Part shown: one piece after another, positions 1 to 10,245 of the stretch
Layout: every line of letters begins with the position of its first letter
Position numbering within the stretch: the first letter of the stretch is position 1
From: Planctomycetota bacterium
Lineage (GTDB): Bacteria > Planctomycetota > GCA-002687715 > DRQF01
Assembly: GCA_027001995.1 (NCBI GenBank)
Contig: JALTLO010000141.1
Location: 41,753 to 105,752, forward strand
Length of the DNA: 64,000 nucleotides
Direction of reading: 5' to 3'
The notes under the pieces: model-generated
The model's input: only the letters and a program-made list of their open reading frames with translations
Told to the model about the DNA's origin: nothing
The model's database searches: none
Made by a program: the position numbers and the translations under genes

Positions 1-166
1 ACCCACTTCGGAGTTGGGCCCAGGAGTTGCAAGCGATCAGTCCCAACGTTGGTTTGCACAAAAAAATGCACTAAAACGTTGTGGGGCTTTTGTTTCCGCA
101 AGGAAGAACAACAGTCAAACTCGGGAAAATCAGACATACAAGTCTGTACATAGTGGAATATCCCTC

Positions 167-2386
167 ATGCCTGCAACTGTTTCATCGTCGGCCAGAACGA
201 ATCAACTGAAGGGTGGGCTGTTAACACCTGCGCCCCGGCACATGCCAACCTTGTTCACTCTCATCATCTTTTGGTGGGCCGCATGGATGTTGGCCCTGGT
301 TTTCTTGCCCTTTCTCGTCCACGCCCACCAAGACTCCTGGTGGTCTCTCCCCACCACTGTGGCCCTGATGTCTGCCATCATCGTGGTGTCTACGGGACAT
401 GGTGCCCTGGGTTACATCATGGGCTGCCGTACCGGAGGCAAAGTGATCAACTTCGTCTTGGGCGGACTCTTAGGTCCCATTGGCTTGGTCATTGTCCATC
501 TGATGACCAAAGACAAACCGGACCAACTTCCAGAGCCCTCCAAAGGGATCATGAAAACTCTCGATCGCTTGGCTTTCGCCTTAGGCAACCTTTGGTTTGG
601 CATCGCCCAGATCTTCCTCATGATCTGCTTTCTGATCCGCGCCACGATTTATGAGACAGAATTTGCCAGCCAAGGCAACGATGCAGCCTACGCTTCCTAT
701 TACAATAGCCCCATCTTTGGGCTCATCTTCCTCCTATTTTTCATGACTATTTACGCGGCGACCATGCGCAAGTACCCCTTCCGCTGGTCTCAAGCTGGAT
801 GGTTGGTGACCCACTTAGGTCTCCTCACCATGATGGTGGGTTGCATGGTCATGTATTGGGGAGGATTTAACGGTTTCGTCATGGTTCTCGAAGGTCACAC
901 CACTAGCTCGGCCTACAATGAGAAGGTCAACGACCTCGACATCGAGATTCCCAGCTTGGATTATCATGAGCTGCACCGTGTTTCCGTTGACTATGACCCG
1001 GAACAAGAAGACGTGGATCAAGAGATCCCCATCAAGATAAAGCACAATGGTTCATCTTACGATCTGAACATCAAGATCGATCGTTTCCTGTCCCGAGCCG
1101 AAAACTTCACAGAATTGCTTCCCTTAGAAAAGAACCAGATCAGTCCTTCTCGAGGACAAGCAGGGGTCCGCTTCAAACTCTCCCAAGGCGAAAAAAGCCG
1201 GGAAGACATTCTGCTGGAGAACACCAAGAACGGCAGTATGCCCTTAGGGATGTATCAATTCCAGGTACGCACTTACCCCCGCCAACACATCTTAGATTCC
1301 TTCGGCCATCGCTATGCACCAGACGACTTGAAACGAGGAAAACTCTTGGTCCGCAAAGACGGCCAAGTCATTGCTCAGGTGCCCGTCACCTTGGCATCCA
1401 CAGAGACTGCAGGCTCTGCTGGCCGCATGGTTCAAGGGGGCACAATCAAGCTCCCCAACGATGGACCAACCGTCACTGTTGAGCGTTATTACGCCACCTT
1501 GGGTTACGACAACAGCCAGATGGCCATGGACTCAGATCCGCGAACTGCGGTGAATCCAGCGGTTCTTGTTTCCATTGACGGCGCCAAGGGTCGAGAAGAA
1601 GTTCATGTACTCACAGCCCTTCCCTCCGTCACCCCTCAACCAAACGCCTACGGCTTAGAAGTCGAATATATCTGCACCGCAGAATTGGCTTTGAAACCGG
1701 GTTCGGCCATTTTTGCTTTGGGCCCCAACCAAAAGTGGTCTTTGACTCTCACCGGCAACGAAGGCACCCAACAATTCCCCTTGGAGATCGGCCGGAGTTA
1801 TCGCCTTCTCGATATCGACGTTACCCCTCTCCAGGTTTTGGCCCGTGCCACATCAGGTCAGTCCTGCCGCAAGTCGGATAGCTCCAACCCTTTCGCTGCC
1901 CTCCACGCCACCGTCACCCTGGACGGCGAGTCGCGAAAAATGTGGCTAACGAAAACAGGGCGCGCCAGGACACGTTTGTCAAATCATGAAATCGGTATCC
2001 AATACATCCCCAGAAAAGTACCCCTTGGATTCGAGATTAGTTGCTTAGATTTTCGCCACGAAAACTATGCCAACGATAGTCGCAAGGCGAAGACCTATGA
2101 ATCAAACTTAGTACTCCGTGATCCAAGAAACGGCGTCGAGGAAGCGGTCCTGGTGGATATGAACCATCCACTTTCCTATGCCGGTTACCAGTTTTTTAAC
2201 GGTTCGCCGGTTACCAATGAAGCCAGCCACGTCCGGGGTATTCAACTCACGGTGGGAAGAAACCCTGGATACGGCACCATCATCTTTGCTGGTATTCTGC
2301 TCTTCATTGGATTCATCATGGTCTTTTTCTTCAAGAAACGAATTCGCGACTGGGACATCAACCGCCGCAAAAAACAGAGCGCCTAA
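167..2386 (+). CDS. ccsB: Cytochrome c biogenesis protein, ResB/CcsB-like (system II)
   Basis: N-terminal TM helices with 'GWLVTHLGLL', large periplasmic domain, C-terminal 'VDMNHPLSYAGYQFF..RNPG' plus TM; directly upstream of ccsA. Start uncertain (ATG 167 chosen; track opens at 14). Confidence 0.8.
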   Translation: MPATVSSSARTNQLKGGLLTPAPRHMPTLFTLIIFWWAAWMLALVFLPFLVHAHQDSWWSLPTTVALMSAIIVVSTGHGALGYIMGCRTGGKVINFVLGGLLGPIGLVIVHLMTKDKPDQLPEPSKGIMKTLDRLAFALGNLWFGIAQIFLMICFLIRATIYETEFASQGNDAAYASYYNSPIFGLIFLLFFMTIYAATMRKYPFRWSQAGWLVTHLGLLTMMVGCMVMYWGGFNGFVMVLEGHTTSSAYNEKVNDLDIEIPSLDYHELHRVSVDYDPEQEDVDQEIPIKIKHNGSSYDLNIKIDRFLSRAENFTELLPLEKNQISPSRGQAGVRFKLSQGEKSREDILLENTKNGSMPLGMYQFQVRTYPRQHILDSFGHRYAPDDLKRGKLLVRKDGQVIAQVPVTLASTETAGSAGRMVQGGTIKLPNDGPTVTVERYYATLGYDNSQMAMDSDPRTAVNPAVLVSIDGAKGREEVHVLTALPSVTPQPNAYGLEVEYICTAELALKPGSAIFALGPNQKWSLTLTGNEGTQQFPLEIGRSYRLLDIDVTPLQVLARATSGQSCRKSDSSNPFAALHATVTLDGESRKMWLTKTGRARTRLSNHEIGIQYIPRKVPLGFEISCLDFRHENYANDSRKAKTYESNLVLRDPRNGVEEAVLVDMNHPLSYAGYQFFNGSPVTNEASHVRGIQLTVGRNPGYGTIIFAGILLFIGFIMVFFFKKRIRDWDINRRKKQSA

Positions 2387-2395
2387 GGAAGAATT

Positions 2396-4225
2396 ATGTC
2401 GAAGAAAAACAAACTCTACAGTGGCTTAGGAATCCTGGCAATTTCCTTCTGTTTGATCCTCATGATTGCCCTCATGGGACGATATGAAGCAACCAAGCGT
2501 TCATCCAAAGAGCAAAGCCAGCGCCAAGTGTTCGCCGAATTGGACGAAAAGCTCCATGATGCCGTTGAGAAACTCAAGCGGCTCCCTGTTCTCTACAAAG
2601 AACGGGTGCAACCCTTGGATACCCTGGCCCGGGGCGAGATTCGTCGTCTCTCCGGTCGTCGTGGTCTCTATGGCGCTGAAGGAGCCCTTGTTTTCTGCTC
2701 CATCGCATTCGACGACGACTTTGATTGGAAGAACACCCCTCTCTTCCTTGTGAGCCATGGCCGCAACAAGAAATTGCTAGGCATGGAGTCCACAGACAAG
2801 TTGGCCACGCTCAACCAGATCGCCGACTCAAAAGAATTCTGGGCCCTGTACCAAGAAAAACGAGCCAAATGGGCAGATAAGGCCAGTCGCGCCCCCCAAG
2901 TCGATTTTGAACTCTTTCGCTTGGCCGGCAATTCGACTCTCAAAGACACCCGATTCGCGGACGCATTCAAGATTGTACCGCCAACGGAGACCCAGGTTCT
3001 CTCTGAAAAGCCTGATCGGAACGATTGGCACTTAGTGAAAGATGCCCTCAGAGCGGGCCATGACAAGAAACTCGCCAACCAAATGCAGAAGGCTTTCCGC
3101 AAGCTGAAGACGTCTTGGCAGGAAAGAGACTCCGCGGGCATTATCGCTGCGGTAGACACTTTGCGAGAAACCGCCAGAGCCATGGAGCCAAAAGTGGGGC
3201 CAAACTTAGAGCTCACCGACGCGGCCATCGAGAACGAACTGTCCTACAACTCAATAAAACCCTTCACCAGAGCCTCTTGGTTCTTCGCCGTAGCCGCTGC
3301 CTTTGCGGTCTTCTCTATGGCATTTCATCTGAAGTGGTTGAGAGTCCTGGCCATCATCGTATCCATGGCAGGCTTAGGATTCTGCGTCTGGGGATTTTAC
3401 ATGCGCATCACTCTGGGATTCCAGATTGCTGTGACCAACCTCTATGAATCCATGATCGCAGTGGGATGTTTGAGCGTGTTGATGTTCCTCATCGTAGACT
3501 TGGTCCGGAAAACCAGTTGGGGACTTGCCTTCGGTGGCCTGACTGGATTCATGGTTCTGCAGATCGTCGATCTCAACTCCGTAAAATTCGATGATGGTAT
3601 CACCGGCCCCATGGCTGTGCTTGCCAACAACATCTGGATTCACATCCACGTCCCCGTTGTTATGAGTGCCTACTGCTTTTACGTCGTAGCGTTCCTCATG
3701 TCCCTCTTTGCCCTCCCTTGGATCCTCATCAAAAGGAATAAGGCGGATGAAGACCTGAAGGACATGCTCAAAATGAGTGACATTGCTGTAAACCTGGGCT
3801 CCGTCTTCATGCTCGCCGGGCTCATTCTGGGCGGTGTTTGGGCACAAGTTTCTTGGGGTCGTTTCTGGGGCTGGGATCCGAAAGAAACTTGGGGCCTCAT
3901 CCTATTCCTATGGTTCTTGGCTATTGTTCATGGTCGATTCACCAAGAAGATCAATGCTTTCTGGAATGCTTGGTTAGTGTTCTTGGGAGGAAACGTTCTC
4001 TTGTGGACTTACTATGGCACCAACGAACTTCTCAGTGGTCTTCACTCCTACGCCGGCGCGACTAGTGGTGAAGGATTCGTGGGCAACTTAGTCCATGAGA
4101 AGAACAGGTGGTTTGTCTGGACCTCTGGAACCATGTTTGCCATCTCGATCATCACTCTTTTGGCCTACTTGGCTATCACCAAGAAAAAGACTGCTGATAG
4201 AGACTTGGCAAAAGCTGTCCAGTGA
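2396..4225 (+). CDS. ccsA: Cytochrome c biogenesis heme lyase CcsA/ResC
   Basis: WWD motif 'WAQVSWGRFWGWDPKETW', 'IHVP' and 'GLHSYA' His ligands. Confidence 0.93.
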   Translation: MSKKNKLYSGLGILAISFCLILMIALMGRYEATKRSSKEQSQRQVFAELDEKLHDAVEKLKRLPVLYKERVQPLDTLARGEIRRLSGRRGLYGAEGALVFCSIAFDDDFDWKNTPLFLVSHGRNKKLLGMESTDKLATLNQIADSKEFWALYQEKRAKWADKASRAPQVDFELFRLAGNSTLKDTRFADAFKIVPPTETQVLSEKPDRNDWHLVKDALRAGHDKKLANQMQKAFRKLKTSWQERDSAGIIAAVDTLRETARAMEPKVGPNLELTDAAIENELSYNSIKPFTRASWFFAVAAAFAVFSMAFHLKWLRVLAIIVSMAGLGFCVWGFYMRITLGFQIAVTNLYESMIAVGCLSVLMFLIVDLVRKTSWGLAFGGLTGFMVLQIVDLNSVKFDDGITGPMAVLANNIWIHIHVPVVMSAYCFYVVAFLMSLFALPWILIKRNKADEDLKDMLKMSDIAVNLGSVFMLAGLILGGVWAQVSWGRFWGWDPKETWGLILFLWFLAIVHGRFTKKINAFWNAWLVFLGGNVLLWTYYGTNELLSGLHSYAGATSGEGFVGNLVHEKNRWFVWTSGTMFAISIITLLAYLAITKKKTADRDLAKAVQ

Positions 4226-4884
4226 GCTCGAAGCCAGCCAAAAACGATCAAGAGAAGAAACGGGTCAGCGCTATCTTAAGAGGGCTGACCCGGCTCTTCC
4301 CGGACCCCCAATGTGAACTGGATTACGAAACCACATACCAGTTGCTTATCGCGGTGATACTTTCCGCCCAATGCACAGATGTGCGGGTCAACATGGTAAC
4401 GCCTCCCCTGTTCGAAGCTTTCCCTGACGCCGAAGCGATGTCTCAAGCCACTCAAGAAGAGGTCGAAATCCTGGTGAAAAGCACGGGTTTCTTTCGCAAC
4501 AAAGCTAAGAACATCATCGCTGCTTCCCGCCGTATTGTTGAAGAATTCGATGGGGAAGTCCCGGCCGTCATGGACGACCTCTTGAGTCTGGCGGGGGTAG
4601 CGCGCAAGACTGCCAACGTCGTCTTAGGGGAGTGCTTTGGGATTGCCGAAGGGGTGGTCGTCGACACTCATGTAAGGCGTTTAAGCAATCTCTTGGGATT
4701 AGTGGATTCCCAAGACCCTAAACGCATTGAAAAAGAGCTGATGGCGCTCTTGCCCAAGAAACGGTGGATCAAGTTCTCTCATCAACTCATCCTCCATGGT
4801 CGCCGCACTTGCATCGCGAATCGTCCTAAGTGTGACCAATGCCCTCTTCTGAAGCACTGCCCCGGTGCCATGCAGAAAGATTAA
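4222..4884 (+). CDS. nth: Endonuclease III
   Basis: 'LLIAVILSAQCTD', HhH 'LAGVARKTANVV', 'VDTHV', C-terminal CxxxxxxCxxCxxxxxC Fe-S motif. Confidence 0.95.
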   Translation: MSSKPAKNDQEKKRVSAILRGLTRLFPDPQCELDYETTYQLLIAVILSAQCTDVRVNMVTPPLFEAFPDAEAMSQATQEEVEILVKSTGFFRNKAKNIIAASRRIVEEFDGEVPAVMDDLLSLAGVARKTANVVLGECFGIAEGVVVDTHVRRLSNLLGLVDSQDPKRIEKELMALLPKKRWIKFSHQLILHGRRTCIANRPKCDQCPLLKHCPGAMQKD

Positions 4885-4885
4885 C

Positions 4886-6466
4886 CTACTTCTTTTTGAT
4901 GCGCGCAAATGCCTTCTTCAAATCAAGTTCCACGATAGCCGTATCAATACCATCAAAATCTTCCCGAAAGGCGTAGTTAACCGGGAAGTTCCCAGCCTCT
5001 AACCAATGATAGTCTCGTCGGGCGTCCTTGGGCCAAAAAATGTAAAGCTTCGAGAACTGGTTTTGAGAGTCGTAGAGCTGTTGCATCACTCGTTCATAGA
5101 GATCGGGGTGAAAGACATTGCTTACCATGGTGAAATTCGCATAGAAGCGCTGAGAACAAAGGCCTGATGCAGAAAGAACAAGATCGTTCTTTTCAAAACG
5201 ATCATTCATTTCCAAAGCGACAGTCTTCGGGTGTTCCCTGCGGTGCTCGTCGTGAAAATTGATAGCGGTGACAAAACCACCCACCACCAAGACGATCAAA
5301 AGAAGATAGGCGAACATCGGCCGCAAACTCCACCTGCCCCCAGACCCAGCCAAACGTCCTAAAACAATGGCCGTGGTCAATGCGAAGGCGGGCGCCAGCA
5401 TGATTGGCCAAAATTCATGGACAAAAGCATGGCCGTATGCTGCCCCAAAAGGGATGGCTCCAGCAATCAACAGGACAAGAGCGAAACGAAGCTCCCGACT
5501 CTGCTTTCCTCGCTTCCACAGAAGCAAAAGCAACCCCAGAGCCGAGACCAGGAGAACTGGCATTTGAATGAGTTCGGTAAAATGCCCACCAACCCGCGAA
5601 AACCAAATTTGAACCGCCTTGTCAGGGTCGGTGATAAGAGACGGTCCATAGGTTTTTGTTTGTCCCAGCACTGAATTCTTAGTCATGACGAGAAAGTCGC
5701 CGATCTCTTCCATGGAATTGGTGGAGGCCAAAGCAATCCAAAGCCCGGTGGTCACGAGTGAAATCCCGAAGGGCAGTCCCACGTAGAAGAACCTCATCCA
5801 ACTCCGATCTCGAGAAAACAACAAGTCGATCCACAAAGCAATAACGACAAAATAGACATGCCAGTCCATCATTCCTGCCAAAAACCCCACAGCCAAGTAA
5901 GCCCATAGGGAAGCCCTGGACTTCCGCCTCAAATGTCGAAACCAAAAGTAAGCTGTAGGAATCAAGAAAGGCATGCAGAAGACAACCGGATCAGCCATAC
6001 GCATAAACTGAACGATCACCGGCAAGGAGGCAAAGATCATGGTGGCGATGGCGGCAACGGGGATGCCATAGATTCTTGCGAGAAAAACACGCATCGAAAG
6101 AAGAGTCAGAACCATGACCAACAGCATGGCAAAATTGATGCTCGCCTCTTGCCCCCCTAATAAGAGATAGGAGGGATAGAGCAAGAAATAGAGAGTTGGT
6201 GGATGGTTTACGTAGCGTTGATAATAGTCACCATCTCCGGCGTGGTGAATGGTTGACGGAATGCCTCCGACGTTGAAGTACCCATGACGCTCAAAGCCCC
6301 GACAAGAATAGCCACAGAAATTTCCGCTATTAAAACCAGCATGAGACCCGTCCCAAGGTTCATTGAGCCACAGACACTGCAATACGATGGCGAACAGCAC
6401 AACGCAAAGCAGGAGGAGATCGAAGAAATGAATCCTCCGGGGATTTCTTTCTTCCTTTGAATTCAA
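4886..6466 (-). CDS. ArnT/PMT-like (GT-C, glycosyltransferase family 39-like) membrane protein
   Basis: Multi-TM protein with 'YVNHPP' loop motif typical of GT-C enzymes. Confidence 0.65.
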   Translation of the reverse strand: MNSKEERNPRRIHFFDLLLLCVVLFAIVLQCLWLNEPWDGSHAGFNSGNFCGYSCRGFERHGYFNVGGIPSTIHHAGDGDYYQRYVNHPPTLYFLLYPSYLLLGGQEASINFAMLLVMVLTLLSMRVFLARIYGIPVAAIATMIFASLPVIVQFMRMADPVVFCMPFLIPTAYFWFRHLRRKSRASLWAYLAVGFLAGMMDWHVYFVVIALWIDLLFSRDRSWMRFFYVGLPFGISLVTTGLWIALASTNSMEEIGDFLVMTKNSVLGQTKTYGPSLITDPDKAVQIWFSRVGGHFTELIQMPVLLVSALGLLLLLWKRGKQSRELRFALVLLIAGAIPFGAAYGHAFVHEFWPIMLAPAFALTTAIVLGRLAGSGGRWSLRPMFAYLLLIVLVVGGFVTAINFHDEHRREHPKTVALEMNDRFEKNDLVLSASGLCSQRFYANFTMVSNVFHPDLYERVMQQLYDSQNQFSKLYIFWPKDARRDYHWLEAGNFPVNYAFREDFDGIDTAIVELDLKKAFARIKKK

Positions 6467-6578
6467 TTCCTTGGTGTTCAGGGCACAATCCTTGAGAAAG
6501 AGCTATGATACCAAGAATTGTAGAGGCAAATGTAGGTCGAGAACAAGCCCCATATGAGAACCTTGTCATCGACGGTGC

Positions 6579-8162
6579 CTAACGGTTTAGACGATCAACC
6601 CAGGCAAACTTCAAATCCGCGTTGGAAACATCGAAATAGCTGATTCGCCCGTTGTCTTGAGAGTCCAAGGCCAAGGACGTGTAATTCCCCGTCAATCCCC
6701 CAGAATCAACAGTCAGGATTTCCCAGCGTCCCTTTGTTCCATAGGCGAATTTCAAAGCCCCATTGCCAAAATAGCTCACCGCTGGATTTCCCCGAGAATC
6801 GAAAGCCAAGGAGCACCTTTGCCCCACGGTTCCTTCAGAATCGATGGTTGAGAAACTCCACTTTTTCCCTGTCCACCTGGCGAACTTCAGACTTTCATTC
6901 GTGAGGTCAAAGTAAGTAATGGCTGGATGCCCGGCTTGATCTAAAGCCAAAGAGCAATGCAGACCGACTTGCCCTTTGGTATCAATCGCTTGAATATTCC
7001 ATTTGCCCCCATCCCAGCGCGCGAACTTAAGATCCTGCTTTCCTTCGTCGAAGTAGCTGATCATCGGATACCCGTCTTTGTCAAGTTGCAAAGAAGTGTA
7101 GGTCCCCACATCACCTTTGGAATCAACCGTTTCAACTAACCATCTCTTCTGAGCAGAATCCCACCGAGCCAAACGCAAGTCTTGGTCTTCTTTGGCAAAA
7201 TAGCTGATCATAGGGTCACCGGCAGCCGTGTAAGCCAAGCTTGTCGCTTTGAATGCTTTTCCTTGGTCGTCAACAACCTCCACCTTCCATTTTTTGCCAT
7301 CATAGCGGGCAAAACGGATTTCAAAATTGCTGTTTCCCCCGCCATAACTCACCCCAAGCCTGCCCTGAGGTGAAAATCCAACAGATGGAGACCAGCCAGC
7401 CTCCTTCCTGTCGACGTAGGTAGACTTCCAGGCCTTCCCAGACCAAGTCATCACCAGCAAAGCCCCACGCCCATAGTCCTTGCAGGCAACAATAGGTCGA
7501 TCCTTGGCAGCAACTGTTACTGTGGTAAAAAAACCTACACTTCCTTTGGATGCCAAAGTTTCGGTTTTGACAACGGAATAACTCAAAGTTGAAGTGGAAG
7601 CAGACTTCTTCGTCTTACTTGGCCGTGAGAGGCTTTTGGGCTGGGTGCCTTTCACAGCTTGCTCGACTGCAGCGACCACGTGCTGAAACTTGGACTGGGT
7701 GTAGCCCAATTCTCTTAAGACAATCTTGTGCTTCCGGTCGAGGACGACAGTTCGAGGAATCACCCCTTGAATCGTTAGCTTCTTCAAAGCCTTCATTTGT
7801 GGATCACGCCACTGCGGGTAGGTAATCCCGTATTTCTTCGAGAAGTCCTTGAGCCGTTCAGGTCCGTCCATCACGGAAACACCTAAGACCACGAGCCCAT
7901 CATTTTTGTATGCCTGCCAGACCTGGCGTTCGACTTGCGGAGCTTCCGCAACGCAGGTGAGTCACGAGGAACCCCAAAAAAGGAGTAAGACGGGGCTGCC
8001 AAGAAACTCATCGAGGTTTCGTTGTTTCCCTGAAGAATCCGTCAACGACAGATTCGGGATGGGATCGCCTACTGAGACGATCCAACCCTCTGGGTCCGCG
8101 ATTTGAGATCGTGCATATCCGCTAACAATGACCATGAACAAAAGGGTTCGGATCAGATTCAT
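6579..8162 (-). CDS. Probable selenoprotein: secreted TlpA/AhpC-TSA-like redoxin (UxxC) fused to a ~7-repeat beta-propeller-like domain, 527 aa with UGA read-through
   Basis: Track ORFs 7962..8162 and 6579..7892 are in frame and separated only by TGA at 7964-7962, giving 'LLLFWGSS-U-LTC-VAEAP..GLVVLGVS..GVIPRTVVLD'; hairpin follows the UGA. Confidence 0.85.
6590..7570 (-). repeat. About seven ~46-aa protein repeats (likely beta-propeller blades)
   Basis: Repeated 'VD..G.VG..SLA.D..G.P.ISYFD....LKFARW.G..W' in the translation. Confidence 0.85.
7921..7958 (-). promoter_or_regulatory. Candidate bacterial SECIS element
   Basis: mRNA ACCTGCG-TTGCGGA-AGC-TCCGCAA-GTCGAACGC-CAGGT: perfect 7-bp upper stem, lower ACCTG/CAGGT stem, apical loop 17 nt after the UGA with G at its second position. 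Confidence 0.7.
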
Positions 8163-8232
8163 GACAGCCTCTCCTTGACCGAGCAGTTTGAGGCGCCACG
8201 AGAAGCCTCAAGAAAAAGGGCAACATCGCGAA

Positions 8233-9741
8233 TCAGTTGTTGCGCTCACCCACTTCAATCTTGAGATCGATTTCTTTGTCACCACGTTCAACCTTAACTG
8301 AGACAACCTTGCCAATCCTGAGCGTTGGCATGACTTCCATGTAGGCCGCAAAGCTGTCGATATTCTTGCCGTCGATTTCGACGATTAAGTCGTCAGCTTT
8401 TAGGCCACCTTTGTCCGCAAGCCCACCAGTCGTGACAAACTTGACAAGGGCTCCTTCAGCATCTGACTCGTAATCTGGCATGAAACCTAAGGCTGGACGA
8501 GAACCCGGAGGGTTAGCTGGCAGTTCTTCCTCTGCCTGAGGACTCTTCGTGGCAAAGCCGGTTATCCACTCATTGACTTGCAATGAGAATCCATCCGTCT
8601 TCATGGCCGATTCCATTTTCACCAAGAATCCTGGGACTTTGGAACAACTCCAACGTTTCTTGACGATGTCACCATCTGAGAGGTGCTTTTTGGTCAGGGT
8701 GACAATACAATTGAGAGTTTTATTGCCTACCTTCACTGGCTCTGACAGCTTCAGCAATCGTGACCGAGAAAGGAGCTTGCCGTCCACAGTAAGTTCCCAC
8801 TTCAGGGGCAATTCGATGCCCTCAGCAACCCAAGCTCTTTGAACGGACTTCCGGTTTTTCCCCCGAACTGTGGCCTGCCATTCTTTTTGAATCAGCCTTG
8901 CCCGATATTTTTTTCCATCGAATTGAACTTCCTCGAAGCCTTTGAAAGTCGAACTCACTTGGGTGGGCATGGGTTGCTTATCTGTTGGCTTAACACCGGA
9001 CTTCCTTTCAGGGCCAAACGGAAAAATATCATGGGGCCATTGTCCCAATGCTCGTACGCCAACAATAAACTCTGGAGCGGGAACCGGGAGAAGAGCCGAT
9101 TCGACGATCTTCTTTTGGGGATTCGTGTGCTTAATCTGAACTGCGGAAGGACTTTTTTTTCCGACAGTCATCCGGGAGTCGGAGTCCCAAGATTGCTCCT
9201 GATCATTGCCCACTGTCATCTTGTGATTGGTATGGACATCTACCCACGCACCTTGGGGAAAAGAGCTCCAGGGATGAAGGTTTTGCCCATGGACAGGTTT
9301 GGAAGTCACGGGACTGGATGTCGTCGTGGGTCTTGAGGACGGGGAGGGCATCTTTTTTGTTGGGCCCCAAGTGCGCACAAAACTCACGATTTTCCAGGTG
9401 TCGTTCACCGAGTAGGCATCTTTGATGGCTGGCATCACGTCATTGCCAGTTCTTAGCTTCCAAAAGACCGCCCCATCTGTTTGACCACCTAAGACTGACT
9501 TGAGATTCTTCGGCTTCCTCTTGAGTGCCCCGGCGGCGAAACCATCCCCGGCACCAGTTTTCCCGTGACAAATCGAACAGGCACGCATGTACATCTTCTT
9601 GCCTTCAGCCAATACTTCTGGGGAAGACTTAAGAGGGTTTTTCTTGGCAGCAGCTTCCGCAGGAGCCTTCCAACTATTTTGGGCAAGAGAAACCTGCGAC
9701 AAGGCGAGGAAGAGAATCGAGAGGCTTAGAACTATTCGCAT
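8233..9741 (-). CDS. Secreted c-type cytochrome - unknown domain - PDZ fusion protein
   Basis: Signal peptide, 'CSICH' heme motif with distal 'MP', C-terminal PDZ 'LGFMPDY..GGLADKGGLKADDLIVEIDG'. Confidence 0.8.
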   Translation of the reverse strand: MRIVLSLSILFLALSQVSLAQNSWKAPAEAAAKKNPLKSSPEVLAEGKKMYMRACSICHGKTGAGDGFAAGALKRKPKNLKSVLGGQTDGAVFWKLRTGNDVMPAIKDAYSVNDTWKIVSFVRTWGPTKKMPSPSSRPTTTSSPVTSKPVHGQNLHPWSSFPQGAWVDVHTNHKMTVGNDQEQSWDSDSRMTVGKKSPSAVQIKHTNPQKKIVESALLPVPAPEFIVGVRALGQWPHDIFPFGPERKSGVKPTDKQPMPTQVSSTFKGFEEVQFDGKKYRARLIQKEWQATVRGKNRKSVQRAWVAEGIELPLKWELTVDGKLLSRSRLLKLSEPVKVGNKTLNCIVTLTKKHLSDGDIVKKRWSCSKVPGFLVKMESAMKTDGFSLQVNEWITGFATKSPQAEEELPANPPGSRPALGFMPDYESDAEGALVKFVTTGGLADKGGLKADDLIVEIDGKNIDSFAAYMEVMPTLRIGKVVSVKVERGDKEIDLKIEVGERNN

Positions 9742-9771
9742 TTGACGTACCTTCTGTGATTCGATGGGGGT

Positions 9772-10245
9772 TTAATTGGAATCAAGGCTCCGAAGCCTTT
9801 TGGTTTGCTCTGGAGTCAACACATCCCTGACAACCAGAATGGAACCAACCCAAGACTTGAACTGTTTCGAACGCATGGCAGAAATTCGATCGGCCAGCTG
9901 AAGGACTTCTTGTTTGTCTGCGGGATATTGGGAAAGCAATTCCTGCAGTTGGGCAGATGATTCGTCGATCTCACGTGCCAAACGGGTACGCAACTCAAGA
10001 CTCGTCAAAGAGCAACTACGTATTTGCTTTCGCTGTTCTTCGCTGAGCTCAAGTAGCTCCAAAGTCGGACATGGATTGCCGCTATTGCCGGGTGCCAAAT
10101 GAAACGACCGCACAGAGTCGGTTTGAGACGCTGGTGCCTTGATTTCGTGCTCCGCCTTCTGCCCCCGATACCAGGACAAATTTGCATATGAACTTGCCAA
10201 GAGCGCTCCGAACAAGATCCAAGGGCCAAGAGATCGCATCATCAT
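9772..10245 (-). CDS. Spy/CpxP-like periplasmic sensor or chaperone
   Basis: N-terminal TM, 'LELSEEQRKQI' and 'VLTPEQ' LTxxQ motifs. Confidence 0.75.
   Translation of the reverse strand: MMMRSLGPWILFGALLASSYANLSWYRGQKAEHEIKAPASQTDSVRSFHLAPGNSGNPCPTLELLELSEEQRKQIRSCSLTSLELRTRLAREIDESSAQLQELLSQYPADKQEVLQLADRISAMRSKQFKSWVGSILVVRDVLTPEQTKRLRSLDSN

Noticed and set aside
7962..8162. 66-aa stand-alone ORF plus a separate 437-aa ORF, or a pseudogene
   Set aside because: The stop falls exactly on the redox-active position, the frame is preserved and a hairpin follows, so Sec read-through explains it better
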